A DNA stretch of 24,000 nucleotides from Microbacterium phage Pumpernickel: sequence record OK040790.1; one strand, 5' to 3'. How positions within the stretch are numbered: the stretch's first letter is position 1; the number at the start of each line of letters is the position of its first letter. Made by a program: the position numbers and the translations under genes. Shown one piece after another: positions 23,394 through 24,000 of this stretch. Below the pieces are notes generated by a model. It made no database searches and had not been told where the DNA came from. It saw only the letters and a list, made by a program, of their open reading frames with translations.

Positions 23394-23561
23394 ATGGCAT
23401 ACGGAACTGCAATCGTGCAAAAGAGCAACGGTCGGATTCTCGACATCGATCTGTCGCTCAGCAAGGAAGACGCTGAAGCTCTGACGGATAAGATGAACAA
23501 GAAACAGGCTGACTGGGGCTTGAGCACCGAGTGGCGCGTCGTGAAGGTCGAGGTGTTGTGA
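23394..23561 (+). CDS. Small hypothetical protein (55 aa), absent from supplied ORF track
   Basis: SD AGGAGAG upstream of ATG 23394; MAYGTAIVQKSNGRILDIDLSLSKEDAEALTDKMNKKQADWGLSTEWRVVKVEVL*. Confidence 0.58.
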   Translation: MAYGTAIVQKSNGRILDIDLSLSKEDAEALTDKMNKKQADWGLSTEWRVVKVEVL

Positions 23562-23585
23562 TGGGCATTCCTGCTAGTGTAGACT
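23556..23585 (+). promoter_or_regulatory. Predicted promoter TTGTGA-N18-TAGACT
   Basis: -35 23556-23561 includes upstream stop TGA 23559-23561; -10 23580-23585; ATG 23592 exactly 6 nt later. Confidence 0.6.
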
Positions 23586-23591
23586 CAGAGC

Positions 23592-24000
23592 ATGACTGAT
23601 TACGTTGGGATCGACTTCGAGACCGCCAACGGCACGCCGGGGTCTATCTGTTCCTTCGGTGCCGCCTGGGTGGGAGACGATGGTGCTATTCGTACGCACG
23701 AAATCATCACTCGTCTCCACCCGGATGCCGGGGTCCAGGAGAACACCTGGATTCACGGAATTACCTCGGCTGAAACTCTCTTCGGAGAGGACTTCGCTGA
23801 GGTGCAGGACTGGCTACGAGAGGCCTACAACGCTGGGGTCGTTCTCGTAGCGCACTCCGCGTTCGACCGCACGGCGTATGTGGCAGCATGCCGCCTGCAT
23901 GGCTTCGAGCCTCTGGAGTTCGATTGGGTGGACTCCCTCAAGACCTCCCGGCGTGTGTACGGACTACCCTCCAACAAGCTGTCGGTGGTGGCTGAGCACC
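23592..24000 (+). CDS. DEDD (DnaQ-like / Pol III epsilon-like) 3'-5' exonuclease, 3' end truncated by window edge
   Basis: MTDYVGIDFETANGTPGSICSFGAAWV (ExoI DFET), VLVAHSAFDRTAYVAAC (ExoII), WVDSLKTSRRV. Confidence 0.85.
   Translation, partial: MTDYVGIDFETANGTPGSICSFGAAWVGDDGAIRTHEIITRLHPDAGVQENTWIHGITSAETLFGEDFAEVQDWLREAYNAGVVLVAHSAFDRTAYVAACRLHGFEPLEFDWVDSLKTSRRVYGLPSNKLSVVAEH

Noticed and set aside
1-24000. CRISPR array, tRNA genes, transposase or integrase
   Set aside because: No regularly spaced direct repeats, no tRNA-like cloverleaf or transposase/integrase motifs were recognised by eye; a tRNAscan-SE/Infernal run would be needed to exclude degenerate RNAs.

Overview
The window is compact, almost entirely + strand tailed-phage (or prophage-like) DNA. 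Codon usage, LAXTG/DUF732-type proteins and promoter/leaderless style suggest an actinobacterial host (inference). Left end: tail/receptor-binding genes, with a 5'-truncated PhoD-like metallophosphatase-domain protein, a 59-aa ORF and a coiled-coil + beta-helix spike-like protein. Next come nucleotide metabolism genes (5'(3')-deoxyribonucleotidase-like, dNMP kinase-like), a MoxR-like AAA+ ATPase / RIIA-like GHKL ATPase / RIIB-like block, and a Stealth/glycosyltransferase-like gene. The rest is a long accessory array of small ORFs, several predicted membrane, secreted, lipoprotein or sortase-anchored, ending in a DEDD exonuclease cut by the right window edge. The most striking structure outside the ORFs is a family of about 15 similar sigma70/SigA-like promoters (TTGACW-N17/18-TAGRCT, often extended -10 TGn). 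They sit in tiny intergenic gaps, often reuse the upstream stop codon as part of the -35 or -10 box, and in at least five cases place the start codon 6-7 nt after the -10, predicting leaderless mRNAs. Other highlights are a phage-encoded 669-aa surface protein with a C-terminal LATTG sorting signal, terminator/promoter overlaps, and an 8-bp perfect inverted repeat abutting a start codon. All functional calls are by recognition of motifs, not database search.
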